This document shows, in pieces, positions 37,793 to 47,737 of a stretch of DNA of 64,000 nt. The position numbers and the translations under genes were made by a program. The notes under the pieces were generated by a model, which searched no databases, was not told the origin of the DNA, and saw only the letters and a program-made list of their open reading frames with translations. Source of the DNA: Patescibacteria group bacterium (GTDB lineage Bacteria; Patescibacteriota; Saccharimonadia; UBA4664); NCBI GenBank assembly GCA_028288925.1, contig JAQGHG010000012.1:77762-141761 (forward strand). Direction: 5' to 3'. Position 1 is the first letter of the stretch. Each line of letters begins with the position of its first letter.

Positions 37793-38833
37793 ATGAAAAC
37801 CGTCTACGTTGGCATGAGTGGGGGAGTGGATTCCTCGGTGAGCGCCGCCCTTCTAAAACAGCAGGGTTTTAACGTCGTGGGCGTGTATATGAAGAACTGG
37901 ACCCAAGACGTCGCCGGAGTGGCCTGCCCCTGGAAACAAGACCTGGCCGACGCCCGGGCCGCGGCCGCCGTGCTCGACATCCCGTTCAAAGTCTTCGACT
38001 TTCAGGCCGAGTACAAGCAGCACGTCGTCGATGCCATGGTGGCCGAGTACCAGGCCGGCCGCACGCCCAATCCGGACGTGATGTGCAACCAAGAAATCAA
38101 ATTCAACCTCTTCCTCAAAGCGTCCCTGGCCGACGGCGCCGACCTCATCGCCACCGGCCACTACGCCCGGACTGAGGACGGCCAGCTCCTCGCCGGCCGC
38201 GACACCAACAAAGACCAGAGCTACTTCCTCTACCGCGTCACCGCCGAGGCGCTCCGGCGCACCATCTTCCCGGTAGGCGAGCTCACTAAGCCTGAGGTTC
38301 GGCGCCTGGCCGCCGAGGCCGGCCTACCCACCGCCACCAAGCCCGATTCGCAGGGCATTTGCTTCGTTGGCGAGGTCGGCCTGCGCGAATTTCTGCGCCA
38401 ATACATTTCGGCCGCGCCAGGGCCCGTCCTGCACCGCGCTACGGGCGCTAGGCTGGGCGAGCACCAAGGAGCCGTGTTCTACACCATCGGCCAGCGCCAC
38501 GGCTTGGGCATCGGCGGCGGCACACCCTACTACGTGGTCGGCAAAGACATCGCCGCCAACACCGTCTACGTTACTGGCGACCCGTCCGACCTCGAGCTCG
38601 AAACTGACGCCTTTGCCATCGAGCAGACCCATTGGATCGGCGAGCGCCCCCAGGAAGGCCGAGCCTACCAAATCCGCACCCGCTACCGTGCCGGCCTCAT
38701 TGACGGCCAGCTCACCCCGGCGTCCGGCGGCTATCAGGTCCAGCTCGTCCGCTCCGAGCGCGCCGTCACCCCCGGCCAGTCGGCCGTCATTTACGACGGC
38801 GACCGCGTCCTCGGCGGCGGGTCGATCTCGTAG
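37793..38833 (+). CDS. mnmA: tRNA-specific 2-thiouridylase MnmA
   Basis: PP-loop VGMSGGVDSSV; CNQEIKF; catalytic Cys context GICFVGE; the track starts earlier at 37775. Confidence 0.9.
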   Translation: MKTVYVGMSGGVDSSVSAALLKQQGFNVVGVYMKNWTQDVAGVACPWKQDLADARAAAAVLDIPFKVFDFQAEYKQHVVDAMVAEYQAGRTPNPDVMCNQEIKFNLFLKASLADGADLIATGHYARTEDGQLLAGRDTNKDQSYFLYRVTAEALRRTIFPVGELTKPEVRRLAAEAGLPTATKPDSQGICFVGEVGLREFLRQYISAAPGPVLHRATGARLGEHQGAVFYTIGQRHGLGIGGGTPYYVVGKDIAANTVYVTGDPSDLELETDAFAIEQTHWIGERPQEGRAYQIRTRYRAGLIDGQLTPASGGYQVQLVRSERAVTPGQSAVIYDGDRVLGGGSIS

Positions 38834-38880
38834 CAGCCCCGAAGCCGCTCTTATCCTTTTTTGAGTAATAATCTGGTACA

Positions 38881-40773
38881 ATGTCCCCCATGACAGCTAG
38901 TGAAATCCGTTCCGCCTATCTCAAATTCTTCGCCGACCGTGGCCACGCCATTATTCCGCGCGCCAACATCGTGCCGCAAGAAGACGCCACCACACTCTTC
39001 ACCGGCTCGGGCATGCAGCCGATGATCCCGTACCTGCTCGGCGCCACCCACCCCGCCGGCGTCCGCCTGGCCGACAGCCAAGTCTGCTTCCGGGCCGAAG
39101 ACATCGACGAAGTCGGCGACAACCGCCACACCACCGCCTTCGAGATGCTCGGCAACTGGAGCCTGGGCGACTACTTTAAGGACGAGCAAATCCCCTGGAT
39201 GTGGGAATTCCTCACCGAAGTCGTTGGTCTCGATCCGCAAAAGCTCTACATCACCTGCTTCATCGGCGCGCCCGAGTACGACGTACCCAAAGACACCGAA
39301 ACCACCAAGATCTGGCAGAAGCTTTTTAAGACCAAGGGTATCGACGCCCCGGCGGTCGACATCGGCTCCGAAGCTGACGGCTACGCCCGCGGCATCAAGC
39401 CCGGCGAGCGCATCTTCTATTACGACGGCAAGAAGAACTGGTGGAGCCGCAACGGCAGCCCCGAGACCACGCCCATCGGCGACCCCTGCGGCCCCGACTC
39501 CGAAATGTTCTACGACTTCGGCACCGAGCACGATCCCAAATGGGGCAAGCACTGCCACCCCAACTGCGACTGCGGGCGCTTTATGGAAATCGGCAACAAC
39601 GTCTTTATGGCCTACAAAAAGGTTGGCGAAGGCAAATTTGAGCCCTTGCCCAAACCCAACATCGACCACGGCTCCGGCCTGGAGCGCATCGCGGCGGCCG
39701 CCATCAACGACCCCGACTTCTTCAAAATCAGCCTGCACTACCCGGTAATCCAAAAGCTCGAAGCGCTTTCGGGCTTCAAATACGACCAAAACCCGGTCGC
39801 CATGCGCATCATCACCGACCACCTCAAGGCCGCCGTCTTCCTGGCCGTCGACGGTGTCGTGCCCAGCAATACCGCCCAAGGCTATGTGATGCGCCGCTTC
39901 CTTCGCCGCGCCATCCGCCAGGCCTTGGCGCTCGACCTGCGCGAAGACTTCCTGGAGCTCGTCGTGCCCGTCATTACCGAGCTCTACCGCGACGCTTTCC
40001 CCGAAGTCGCCGCCCGCGAAGAATCGATCATCCATGTATTAGTGAATGAAGAGAAACAATTCCGCAAAACCCTCGAACGCGGCGTGCGCGAATTCAACAA
40101 ACTCGCCGGCGACAAACTCACCGGTGAGACCGTCTTCATGCTCTTCGACACCTATGGCTTTCCACCCGAACTATCACTCGAAGAAGCGCATGACAAGCAC
40201 ATCAAAGTCGACCCCGACTGGCGCAAAGATTTCGATCACCTCCTCAAAGAGCAAAAAGACCGCTCCCGCACCGCCACCGTCGGGCAGTTCAAGGGCGGGC
40301 TAGCCGATCACAGCGATATCAGCGTCAAATATCACACCGCCACCCACCTCATGTACAAGGCCCTGCGCCTCGTTCTGGGCGATCACGTCATCCAGCGCGG
40401 CTCAAATATTACGCCTGAGCGCTTGCGTTTCGACTTCTCTCATCCCGAAAAAATGACCCCCGAGCAAATCAAGCACGTCGAAGATCTCGTTAACGAAAAT
40501 ATCGCCAAAGACTGGCCCATGGGCTTCCGCGAAATCCCCACCGAGCAGGCCTTCAAAGAAGGCGCGCTGGGCGCGTTCGGCGATAAATACGGCGACACCG
40601 TCAAAGTCTACACCGCCGGCGATCCGGAAGGGGAGTGGTATTCCAAGGAAATCTGCGGCGGCCCGCACGTGGAGCATACCAGCGCCCTGGCCGAAGACGG
40701 CAAGAAATTTAAGATCAAAAAAGAAGAATCCAGCTCGGCCGGCATCCGCCGTATCAAAGCCATACTCGGATAG
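38881..40773 (+). CDS. alaS: alanyl-tRNA synthetase, short form (catalytic plus editing domains, no C-Ala domain)
   Basis: N-terminal FFADRGHAIIPRANIVP; editing-domain HTATHLMYKAL and CGGPHVEHT; 630 aa. Confidence 0.85.
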   Translation: MSPMTASEIRSAYLKFFADRGHAIIPRANIVPQEDATTLFTGSGMQPMIPYLLGATHPAGVRLADSQVCFRAEDIDEVGDNRHTTAFEMLGNWSLGDYFKDEQIPWMWEFLTEVVGLDPQKLYITCFIGAPEYDVPKDTETTKIWQKLFKTKGIDAPAVDIGSEADGYARGIKPGERIFYYDGKKNWWSRNGSPETTPIGDPCGPDSEMFYDFGTEHDPKWGKHCHPNCDCGRFMEIGNNVFMAYKKVGEGKFEPLPKPNIDHGSGLERIAAAAINDPDFFKISLHYPVIQKLEALSGFKYDQNPVAMRIITDHLKAAVFLAVDGVVPSNTAQGYVMRRFLRRAIRQALALDLREDFLELVVPVITELYRDAFPEVAAREESIIHVLVNEEKQFRKTLERGVREFNKLAGDKLTGETVFMLFDTYGFPPELSLEEAHDKHIKVDPDWRKDFDHLLKEQKDRSRTATVGQFKGGLADHSDISVKYHTATHLMYKALRLVLGDHVIQRGSNITPERLRFDFSHPEKMTPEQIKHVEDLVNENIAKDWPMGFREIPTEQAFKEGALGAFGDKYGDTVKVYTAGDPEGEWYSKEICGGPHVEHTSALAEDGKKFKIKKEESSSAGIRRIKAILG

Positions 40774-40778
40774 AAATC

Positions 40779-42812
40779 CTACAGCGCTACAACCGTCCGA
40801 ACCCCTAAGTTCTCCTGAGGATATTTCAGCCAACCCGGGTAGTCTGAAAGGTGCGCCCGCAGGTAGTGAAGGTTTCTCCCGTCCTTGTATGCGTTGTGGC
40901 CATAATTGGCCGCCATACCCAAAAAGCTCAGCCCTGTTCGGGAGCCGGGTAAAACCGAATAGTATTCGGAGTCAATCACACGGTTGTTCTCGTATAGGTT
41001 CTTTAGGGCAAGCATTATCCACGTATCGTAGTCCATGCCCGACTCGCCGGCGTGGGCTGGGTCGGCAGCAAGCTTCTTCAGTCGGTCATTAAGCCGTAAA
41101 CCCACCGGAAAAAGATACTTGTCACGCAAGATTAAGCCGGGTAACCCGCCGATTTTTACCGTGTAGTTATCTGGGCGAGCCTCGGCAAAGTCCTGAACTA
41201 ACACCACCTTCCAGCCTGGTATCGTTAGCTCGCCACTCTCCAGGGTCTCCTTTTTGGTTTTGGATGGCTTGCCAAAACCCGGGCTGTATTTAACGTCTGC
41301 GCGCACATCTGGTCCTCCCCAGCCTTCCGATGACTCCACCACGGGTTTACTCTTGTGGGGCTTCAACGGCTCGCCCTCATACGTCCGCGGGGGGTCAGTT
41401 TGAGCTCGCTCTTTCACAGCTGCGCCATATTTCTTCCATGATTCCTCCAGCGGCAAGCCAAACGGCACAAGCAGCAGGGTGTCAAAGCCTTGGCGAAGCT
41501 TGGTATCAAGCTCGCCATTACGATTAGCCGCCTCAACGGCACCGGCGACTTGTTCTTGGGTGGGCACCGGATACGACCGGGCGTCGACCCCCCGGTAGCC
41601 CAGCTCGCCTGAAGGCAAGTTCGTAACTAGGCCGGTCTCGCGTAGCAACGATATCTGCCCTTGATACTGCTCGCCTAGCCGCAGGTTTTCGGCCAGTTTT
41701 TTGGATTCATCGACCGGCTCAACGTGTTCAATCTTCGCCCATCTGGCCTCCTCGATGGCCGGGTCTTGTCGGGTGTCATACTTCCAGAGCTCCTGGTCGA
41801 GCTCAAGCTGTATGGCCGCCGCATCCCGTATGGTATGGCCCATTCTTTCGAACATTTTTATCGGATGGCGAAGAACGCCAAGCGCGCCATTGCCATACTG
41901 TTGTTCTAGCTGCCAATTATTGTAGCCAGTTTGGACGTTATGGATGTCGTTATGGGCCAAGGCCGTAATGCGGGCTCGCTCTTTGTCGTGCTCCAGTCCG
42001 TCCCAGCGCTGCTGCTCCGTCTTGGTACGACGAGGCCACCCTGAGTTGGGATTCTTTTCCTCATGCAGATTATCAAACAGCTCATCGCGTTCTTCGATCA
42101 GCTTCTGCTTGCTCCAGCCTAGCTTGTGGCCTTCAACGATCGCCCGTTTCATTGCGTCTCGCGCCTGCGCTACCTTGAGGGGATGGCCGGTTGCACCCGC
42201 CAAAAGCTCAGCGCTTTCCCTCAAGTGCTGTTGTACTATCTCCCCGCGCGAGTCAGAAAAATCGATCCTGCTTCCCTGATTGACAACATCCAAGAAGTGA
42301 CCTTGCAGAATATCGGCTTCATAACGCTTCATGCCGGCCTGTTCAGTGAGGTCCCGGGCTGCCTCCCGGGCTTTTTTAGCCTCTTTGTAGAACCGCCAGG
42401 TCTTCGGGCGAAACATGTTGCTATGGTTAGCCTCTACGATCAAATCCGTACTGCGCTGTATATGCTGCTTAATATCCTGGTATGCCGCCGCTGCCTCTGG
42501 GCCTCGCTGGGGGACCTCTTGGTCTAGGGCGGCCGATACAGCTGCCCGGGCGCTCACGATGTCCAGCGGTGTGTCCTCGATATCTGGTGGGGACGGCGGA
42601 GTGGCGCCACCATGATCCAATTGCTCAGCCTCTACTGGTCTAGGGCGAACTTCCGCATGCTCAAATGCCGGGTCCGGGGCAGGCTCAAAAGATTCCGACG
42701 ACATAAAAACTCCGAGATATAGTTGACAACATCTTAGCAGAAATGCCAAAAGACCGCCTCCCAAAGCAGCGGAAGTGTCCACGATGTTGTAATCAATACG
42801 TTTCCCCGCCAA
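40779..42812 (-). CDS. large soluble hypothetical protein; the only minus-strand gene in about 45 kb
   Basis: 677-aa ORF with a TTG start as drawn by the track, more likely starting at internal MSSESFEP; no TM and no recognizable motif; composition visibly less GC-skewed than neighbours. Confidence 0.5.
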   Translation of the reverse strand: MAGKRIDYNIVDTSAALGGGLLAFLLRCCQLYLGVFMSSESFEPAPDPAFEHAEVRPRPVEAEQLDHGGATPPSPPDIEDTPLDIVSARAAVSAALDQEVPQRGPEAAAAYQDIKQHIQRSTDLIVEANHSNMFRPKTWRFYKEAKKAREAARDLTEQAGMKRYEADILQGHFLDVVNQGSRIDFSDSRGEIVQQHLRESAELLAGATGHPLKVAQARDAMKRAIVEGHKLGWSKQKLIEERDELFDNLHEEKNPNSGWPRRTKTEQQRWDGLEHDKERARITALAHNDIHNVQTGYNNWQLEQQYGNGALGVLRHPIKMFERMGHTIRDAAAIQLELDQELWKYDTRQDPAIEEARWAKIEHVEPVDESKKLAENLRLGEQYQGQISLLRETGLVTNLPSGELGYRGVDARSYPVPTQEQVAGAVEAANRNGELDTKLRQGFDTLLLVPFGLPLEESWKKYGAAVKERAQTDPPRTYEGEPLKPHKSKPVVESSEGWGGPDVRADVKYSPGFGKPSKTKKETLESGELTIPGWKVVLVQDFAEARPDNYTVKIGGLPGLILRDKYLFPVGLRLNDRLKKLAADPAHAGESGMDYDTWIMLALKNLYENNRVIDSEYYSVLPGSRTGLSFLGMAANYGHNAYKDGRNLHYLRAHLSDYPGWLKYPQENLGVRTVVAL

Positions 42813-42842
42813 GCATAAGTTTGATACAATAAACGCACCTAA

Positions 42843-43409
42843 GTGGTGGAGAAGAAGCTTATGGTAAGAAGTAAGGTCATATCCGTGACCCGAGAGCTTA
42901 TACCTGTATTTATGGTAGCCGTTGGTGTAGCGCTGGTGAGCACGCTAGCCGGTTCAGTATTTGACCGTGTGCACCAAGTCGACGCCGAAGCTCTCGTGCG
43001 CGATACAGTTGCTGCCCGTCCGGCCGGCGACCAACAAACGCTTGTCGTACCAGAATGGGGCGTCCAGGCCACCATCCCGCTCGCGGCCGAGATGCCGCTG
43101 CTCAGCTACTCGGCCCATGGCCAGTCCAGCATTGGGCTTTCATCGGCCGGCCTCGTGTCGTATGGCCCGCTCTGTAGCGCGGCCCGCAACGCACTTGGCG
43201 TTCTCGTGCGCTACCCCCTCGGTGGTTTTGACCAGCGGTCCGAAGGCGCGGTAATGCAATACTTCCTCGCCCAAGTGGGCCAATTCGAGTACGCCTACCA
43301 ATTGCCCCAAACCTCTTGCCTGCAGGCCGATCCCCACCGCCCGCTCATCAACCAGCAGACTTCGGTTTTGCGCGAGGCTCTGGGCACCCTCTCTGCCATC
43401 CAGCCATAA
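42843..43409 (+). CDS. membrane-anchored hypothetical protein
   Basis: GTG start; N-terminal TM LIPVFMVAVGVALVSTLAG; 188 aa. Confidence 0.4.
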   Translation: MVEKKLMVRSKVISVTRELIPVFMVAVGVALVSTLAGSVFDRVHQVDAEALVRDTVAARPAGDQQTLVVPEWGVQATIPLAAEMPLLSYSAHGQSSIGLSSAGLVSYGPLCSAARNALGVLVRYPLGGFDQRSEGAVMQYFLAQVGQFEYAYQLPQTSCLQADPHRPLINQQTSVLREALGTLSAIQP

Positions 43410-43427
43410 GTTTGATATACTTTTGAT

Positions 43428-44045
43428 ATGTCACAGCGGGGTTTTATTCGGTTGCCAATTCTCATCGCCATAGTACTCGGGCTAGGGTTCGGCGCCTCAG
43501 GCTATCTTAATTACTCTCAGCATCAGCGGGCCGAGCAAGACAAAAAGCTGCTCCAAGGGCAGATTACTGACCTGCGCTACCAGCTTAAGCAAGATCAACA
43601 GGCCGTCGGCAGTCCCAGCCCTTCGCCCAGTGGCAGCGTGGAACCCGCCCCTACGCCGTCACCCAGCCCATCACCGGCCGTGGCAGGTACCGCCAGCGTG
43701 GCGATTAGCCAGTTTGGGGTCAGACTCACCGCCACTGACCCTCTGCTCGATCTCACCTATGCCCCCATACAATCTGCCGGGCTAACAGTGGCCGGTTTTA
43801 CCACTGAGAGCTTGTTGGCCAAATATCCCAGCTGTAAGCCGGGCGCCCTCGGGGCATTGGTAAGGCGTCCCCAAAGCCAAAAAGCCCCTTCATGGAACAA
43901 ACTTGTGAAAACACTTGGCAGCTACAGTTACTACTACTCAGCCGCTTCGGCTTCCGATTGCACCAACGATCAGGCCGGCCACAACACCTATGCCGCGGCC
44001 AAGGCGGCCCTCGCCAACGGCGTATTGCCAACGCTATCAAACTAA
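43428..44045 (+). CDS. bitopic membrane protein with coiled-coil and PTPSP-rich linker (FtsB/DivIC-like topology)
   Basis: TM LPILIAIVLGLGFGASGYL; heptad-like LLQGQITDLRYQLKQDQQ; sits upstream of ftsA. Confidence 0.4.
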   Translation: MSQRGFIRLPILIAIVLGLGFGASGYLNYSQHQRAEQDKKLLQGQITDLRYQLKQDQQAVGSPSPSPSGSVEPAPTPSPSPSPAVAGTASVAISQFGVRLTATDPLLDLTYAPIQSAGLTVAGFTTESLLAKYPSCKPGALGALVRRPQSQKAPSWNKLVKTLGSYSYYYSAASASDCTNDQAGHNTYAAAKAALANGVLPTLSN

Positions 44046-44063
44046 TACTCCAAGGAGATTTCC

Positions 44064-44348
44064 GTGCGTAATTCCGGCCAAAAACTTATTTATATGCTCT
44101 GGGGCGTAATCACGGTATTGGTGGTCGGCGGAGGAATCATCGCCTTTATGCTCCTGCACAAAGCCGACGAGCTCGACCAAACCAACAACCAGCTGACCGG
44201 CAGTAATTCCAGCCTGCGCGAGCAACTCCGCCAAGCCAAGGCCTCGCCAACCCCCAGACCCACACCTACGCCCGACTACAGCGCCTCGGCCACACCTACG
44301 CCCAGCCCGGCGGCTACCGCGACACCAAAACCACCAACTAGCCGCTAG
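44064..44348 (+). CDS. small bitopic membrane protein with coiled-coil and Pro/Thr-rich tail (FtsL/DivIC-like topology)
   Basis: TM IYMLWGVITVLVVGGGIIAFMLL; LDQTNNQLTGSNSSLREQLRQ; 94 aa. Confidence 0.35.
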   Translation: MRNSGQKLIYMLWGVITVLVVGGGIIAFMLLHKADELDQTNNQLTGSNSSLREQLRQAKASPTPRPTPTPDYSASATPTPSPAATATPKPPTSR

Positions 44349-44390
44349 CCGGGTTTGTCATCGGGCGGCAGGAACAACCTTCCATACGTC

Positions 44391-44469
44391 TATATATCGG
44401 CAAACGACATATACTACAAATTTTCTGAGCCCGACCTTTACGATCCTATATATCGTTTGACGACATATA
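44391..44469. promoter_or_regulatory. two copies of a 23-bp near-palindromic motif TATATATCG-N6-CGACATATA upstream of ftsA
   Basis: copy 1 at 44391-44413 (tatatatcggcaaacgacatata); copy 2 at 44447-44469 (tatatatcgtttgacgacatata). Confidence 0.3.
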
Positions 44470-44573
44470 GCCGGGTGAGCGAGTCGCCACCCTCAGTCGA
44501 ACCGCCCATTCCCGTTTGGAGCCAGCGAGCATAAGCGCTACAATCAGACAGAAGGTTAAGAAATCTACCAATC

Positions 44574-45860
44574 GTGAAATTACTCGAAAAATTTGTGAAA
44601 ATCCGGGACAAAGCCCAGGCTCCGCGCTACCTGGTGGCGCTTGATATTGGCACCGAATTCGTCAAAGCTCTCATCGGCGAGATCAAAGTAGATCCGGCCT
44701 CAGGCGCGCCCTCCAAGGTCGAAATCCTCGGCGTCGGCCGCCAGCGCCAGCGCCTTTCGGATATGCAATCCGGCGCCGTCACCGACATTACCGGCGTGGT
44801 CGAAAACTGCGACGCCGCCCTCAAGATGGCCGAAAAGATGTCCGGCGTAGTGGCCAAAGACGTCGTTATCGGCATCGCCGGCGAGCTGGTCAAGGGCGCC
44901 AGTACCATCGTCCGCTACAAGCGCGCCGATCCCAGCGACCCCATCGACATGCCCGAGCTGCGCAAAATCCTCGACCGCGTCCAATACCGAGCCTTCGAGC
45001 GCGCCCGCGAGCAGCTCACCTGGGAGACCGGCTACAAGGAACTCGAGGTCAAGCTCGTCAACACCGCCATCGTCGACGTCCAGATCGACGGCTACCGCGT
45101 CACCAACCCCGTCGGCTTCCAAGGGCGCGATGTCTCAATCCAGCTCTTCAACGCCTTCGCGCCCATGGTTCACCTCGGCGCGCTGCAGTCGGTGGCCCGG
45201 GACCTCGACCTCAACCTTATCAATATCGCCGCTGAACCCTTCGCTGTCGCCAAATCCGTGGGCGGTCAAGATTCCGGCGAATTCTCGGCCATCTTCATCG
45301 ACATTGGCGGCGGCACCACCGACATCGCGCTCGTCAACAACGGGGGAGTCGAAGGCACCAAAATGTTTGCCATCGGCGGCCGCAGCTTCACCAAACGCAT
45401 CGCCCAGGTCGCCAACACCAGCTTCGAAAAAGCCGAAGAAATGAAGATTGCCTACAGCGCCGGCAAACTCGGCCCCCGCGCCAAGAAAGTCGTCGAAGAA
45501 GCCGTCAACGCCGACATCCAAGTGTGGCTCTCCGGCGTCGAGCTCAGCCTAGCCGAATTCGACCGCGTCGACCACCTGCCGGCCAAAATCCTGCTCTGCG
45601 GCGGCGGCACCGGTCTTCCTCAGATCATGGATGCCCTCAAGGGCAAAGAATGGTACAAAAACCTGGCCTTTGCCCGCAAACCCGTCGTCAACCACATTAG
45701 CCCCACCGAAGTAAACCGCGTCTTCGACAAAACCGGCAAGCTCACCAGCTTTGCCGACATCACCCCCATGGGCCTAGCCAACATTGGCCTCGACCAAGCC
45801 GGCGGCGAAACCACAACCGACACCCTTGTCCGCAAGCTCGCCCGCGCCATCTCGGCATAA
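44574..45860 (+). CDS. ftsA: cell division protein FtsA
   Basis: actin-fold motifs VALDIGTEFVKALIGE, FIDIGGGTTDIALV, LCGGGTGL. Confidence 0.88.
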   Translation: MKLLEKFVKIRDKAQAPRYLVALDIGTEFVKALIGEIKVDPASGAPSKVEILGVGRQRQRLSDMQSGAVTDITGVVENCDAALKMAEKMSGVVAKDVVIGIAGELVKGASTIVRYKRADPSDPIDMPELRKILDRVQYRAFERAREQLTWETGYKELEVKLVNTAIVDVQIDGYRVTNPVGFQGRDVSIQLFNAFAPMVHLGALQSVARDLDLNLINIAAEPFAVAKSVGGQDSGEFSAIFIDIGGGTTDIALVNNGGVEGTKMFAIGGRSFTKRIAQVANTSFEKAEEMKIAYSAGKLGPRAKKVVEEAVNADIQVWLSGVELSLAEFDRVDHLPAKILLCGGGTGLPQIMDALKGKEWYKNLAFARKPVVNHISPTEVNRVFDKTGKLTSFADITPMGLANIGLDQAGGETTTDTLVRKLARAISA

Positions 45861-45934
45861 GTATTGACTTCTATAGCATTTCATGCTTAAATAATTAAAT
45901 GTAGCTTCACAACACGCGACCACAGGGAGGTCAC

Positions 45935-46624
45935 ATGTCAGAATGGTGGCAGCGGATTGCCGCATGTCAGGTCCCTGTTGCTCGACAGATCGAGCAACTC
46001 CATGAGCTCAACGCCGGCGTCTGGAAAGGTGCCATCCCCAAGGAGTGGTTCGGCGCCGCGCTCACGCCCCCGAACGAGCTCGAGACGGGCCAGATCTGGG
46101 TCGTCTACGTCGAATTCGGGACCCCCGAAGATACCTACGACCGTTGGCGCCAGGCCCTTGAGGCGCGGTTCCCACATTACTTCTGTCGTCTCCTCGCCCG
46201 CCAGGTGCGGCTTGCTCCGACCGCCCGCCGGTACAACCCAGGCATCCACCTGGTCTGTCTGGACCCTCGGACGAGTCCTGAGTGCGAAACCTTCGAGGAA
46301 GTCTGCGCCGAGGCGAAAGGTGACGGCACGGTCCTGGCCGCCGCCGAAGGCCTGTGCGCCTACGCGCTACTGGGAGACCAGTATGCGAAGGTAGTGCCTC
46401 AGGCGAATCTCGCCGGGTACCAGGCGACGGTCGACGCCCGAGATGGGAACGTTCCCTTCCATTTGCTACCGGTCGTCGACTACGACCATGGTCTCGACTG
46501 GACCGGCTCCAACGAAACCCTCAGGTCGACACCTCAGCCACACAGGACCTTCTCCATCACTCCGCGGTGGGCCTTCAACAAGGAAGCCCATGGGGCCCCG
46601 ACGCCGGTGATCATCACCCCCTAG
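45935..46624 (+). CDS. hypothetical protein
   Basis: 229-aa ORF with SD AGGGAGG; codon usage looks different from the flanking housekeeping genes. Confidence 0.45.
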   Translation: MSEWWQRIAACQVPVARQIEQLHELNAGVWKGAIPKEWFGAALTPPNELETGQIWVVYVEFGTPEDTYDRWRQALEARFPHYFCRLLARQVRLAPTARRYNPGIHLVCLDPRTSPECETFEEVCAEAKGDGTVLAAAEGLCAYALLGDQYAKVVPQANLAGYQATVDARDGNVPFHLLPVVDYDHGLDWTGSNETLRSTPQPHRTFSITPRWAFNKEAHGAPTPVIITP

Positions 46625-46825
46625 TCCCTCACGGGGCACGAAGCAGGGGTTGCGAAAGCAACGCCAGGCCTTCGTGCCCCTTCTTCGTGCGTATTCTTAT
46701 ATAAACGAAAATGACGCCGTTGGCCTATCCTGATGCCTCAAGCCTAGCTTGAGATCTCGGGGTAGGCTCGGCCCGGCACATGAGCGCCGGGCCGAGAACG
46801 GGTGAGGGCAGCCGCCGGCCGGTTC

Positions 46826-47737
46826 CTACCAGATGATGACCGGCCACAGCTGGATGACCAGGACCACGGAGTAGAAGCCGCAGGCGGTGATGATGCGCGT
46901 TATCCTCAGGGTGAAGATGACGCTGTGCGCTTCTTCCGGTGACCGCCCGGCCCTTACCTGACGGCAGTACAGCGCCAGCATCATCCGCTGGCTTGGCACG
47001 GCCGTGAGGAGCGTGAGGAAGGGGAAAAACACCCGCGTCTGCAGCCAGAGGCTGTAGATCACGCTGGCGCGCCAGCGCTGGCGGCCGGTCCAGCTCTCTG
47101 ACCCCGCGATGAAGGCGAGGATGGTCATGGCGGCCTTATCGACGCCTCCAACGTGCGATCCGTCGCGCGAGCCAGCACGGCGATGGCGACAGATCAGCCA
47201 GACTGCGAGGATGGTCATGGCTGCTGCGGCGCCGAACTGCCAAGGCAGCCGGTGTCCAATCTGGACCGCGATGTAGAGCGGCCCCAAGGCCACTTCGTGG
47301 CCGACAGCCCATAGCAGCAGCCAGTACGGCAGGGATGTCATCAGGAACAGGCCGGTTCCCGCGCCCCACCAGCGCCAAGCGTTGAGCTGATGGAGCTGAA
47401 GGCTGTAGGCTCCATCGGGTGCGGGCGGCAGGTACCGAGCCAGCCATGAGCCGACTACAACCTTCCGGGCGTTCATCGCCGTCAGATGAGACGTGGCATA
47501 CAGCCGGATCGATGTGATGGCGCGCCAAGCAAAGAAGGCGCACAGGATCGCAGCCGTAGCTGCGATGGCCATGTGAAAGCCAATTCTGGCCCACGGCGGC
47601 GCAGCCGCCACATGCGGTATCCAGTCGAAGCGTCCGGTTGAAACCTCGGCCGTTCGCCACACCTGATAGACGACCGCCACGAAGAGTACGAAGGCCAACA
47701 GAGCGAAGCAGCGGTTAATCGTCAATGATCGCGTCAC
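46826..47737 (-). CDS. polytopic membrane protein
   Basis: GTG start with AAGGAG 7 nt upstream (minus strand); N-terminus VTRSLTINRCFALLAFVLFV; about 8 TM helices; the track ORF extends to 48064 with no plausible upstream start. Confidence 0.5.
   Translation of the reverse strand: MTRSLTINRCFALLAFVLFVAVVYQVWRTAEVSTGRFDWIPHVAAAPPWARIGFHMAIAATAAILCAFFAWRAITSIRLYATSHLTAMNARKVVVGSWLARYLPPAPDGAYSLQLHQLNAWRWWGAGTGLFLMTSLPYWLLLWAVGHEVALGPLYIAVQIGHRLPWQFGAAAAMTILAVWLICRHRRAGSRDGSHVGGVDKAAMTILAFIAGSESWTGRQRWRASVIYSLWLQTRVFFPFLTLLTAVPSQRMMLALYCRQVRAGRSPEEAHSVIFTLRITRIITACGFYSVVLVIQLWPVIIW

Noticed and set aside
38851-40035. 394-aa minus-strand ORF antisense to alaS, plus many similar long antisense ORFs (1333-2142, 2774-3457, 14178-14753, 20235-20927, 22638-23276, 48669-49691)
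   Set aside because: They are Gly/Ala/Asp/Val-rich shadow ORFs typical of high-GC coding regions. Each lies entirely within a well-supported sense-strand gene with recognisable motifs.
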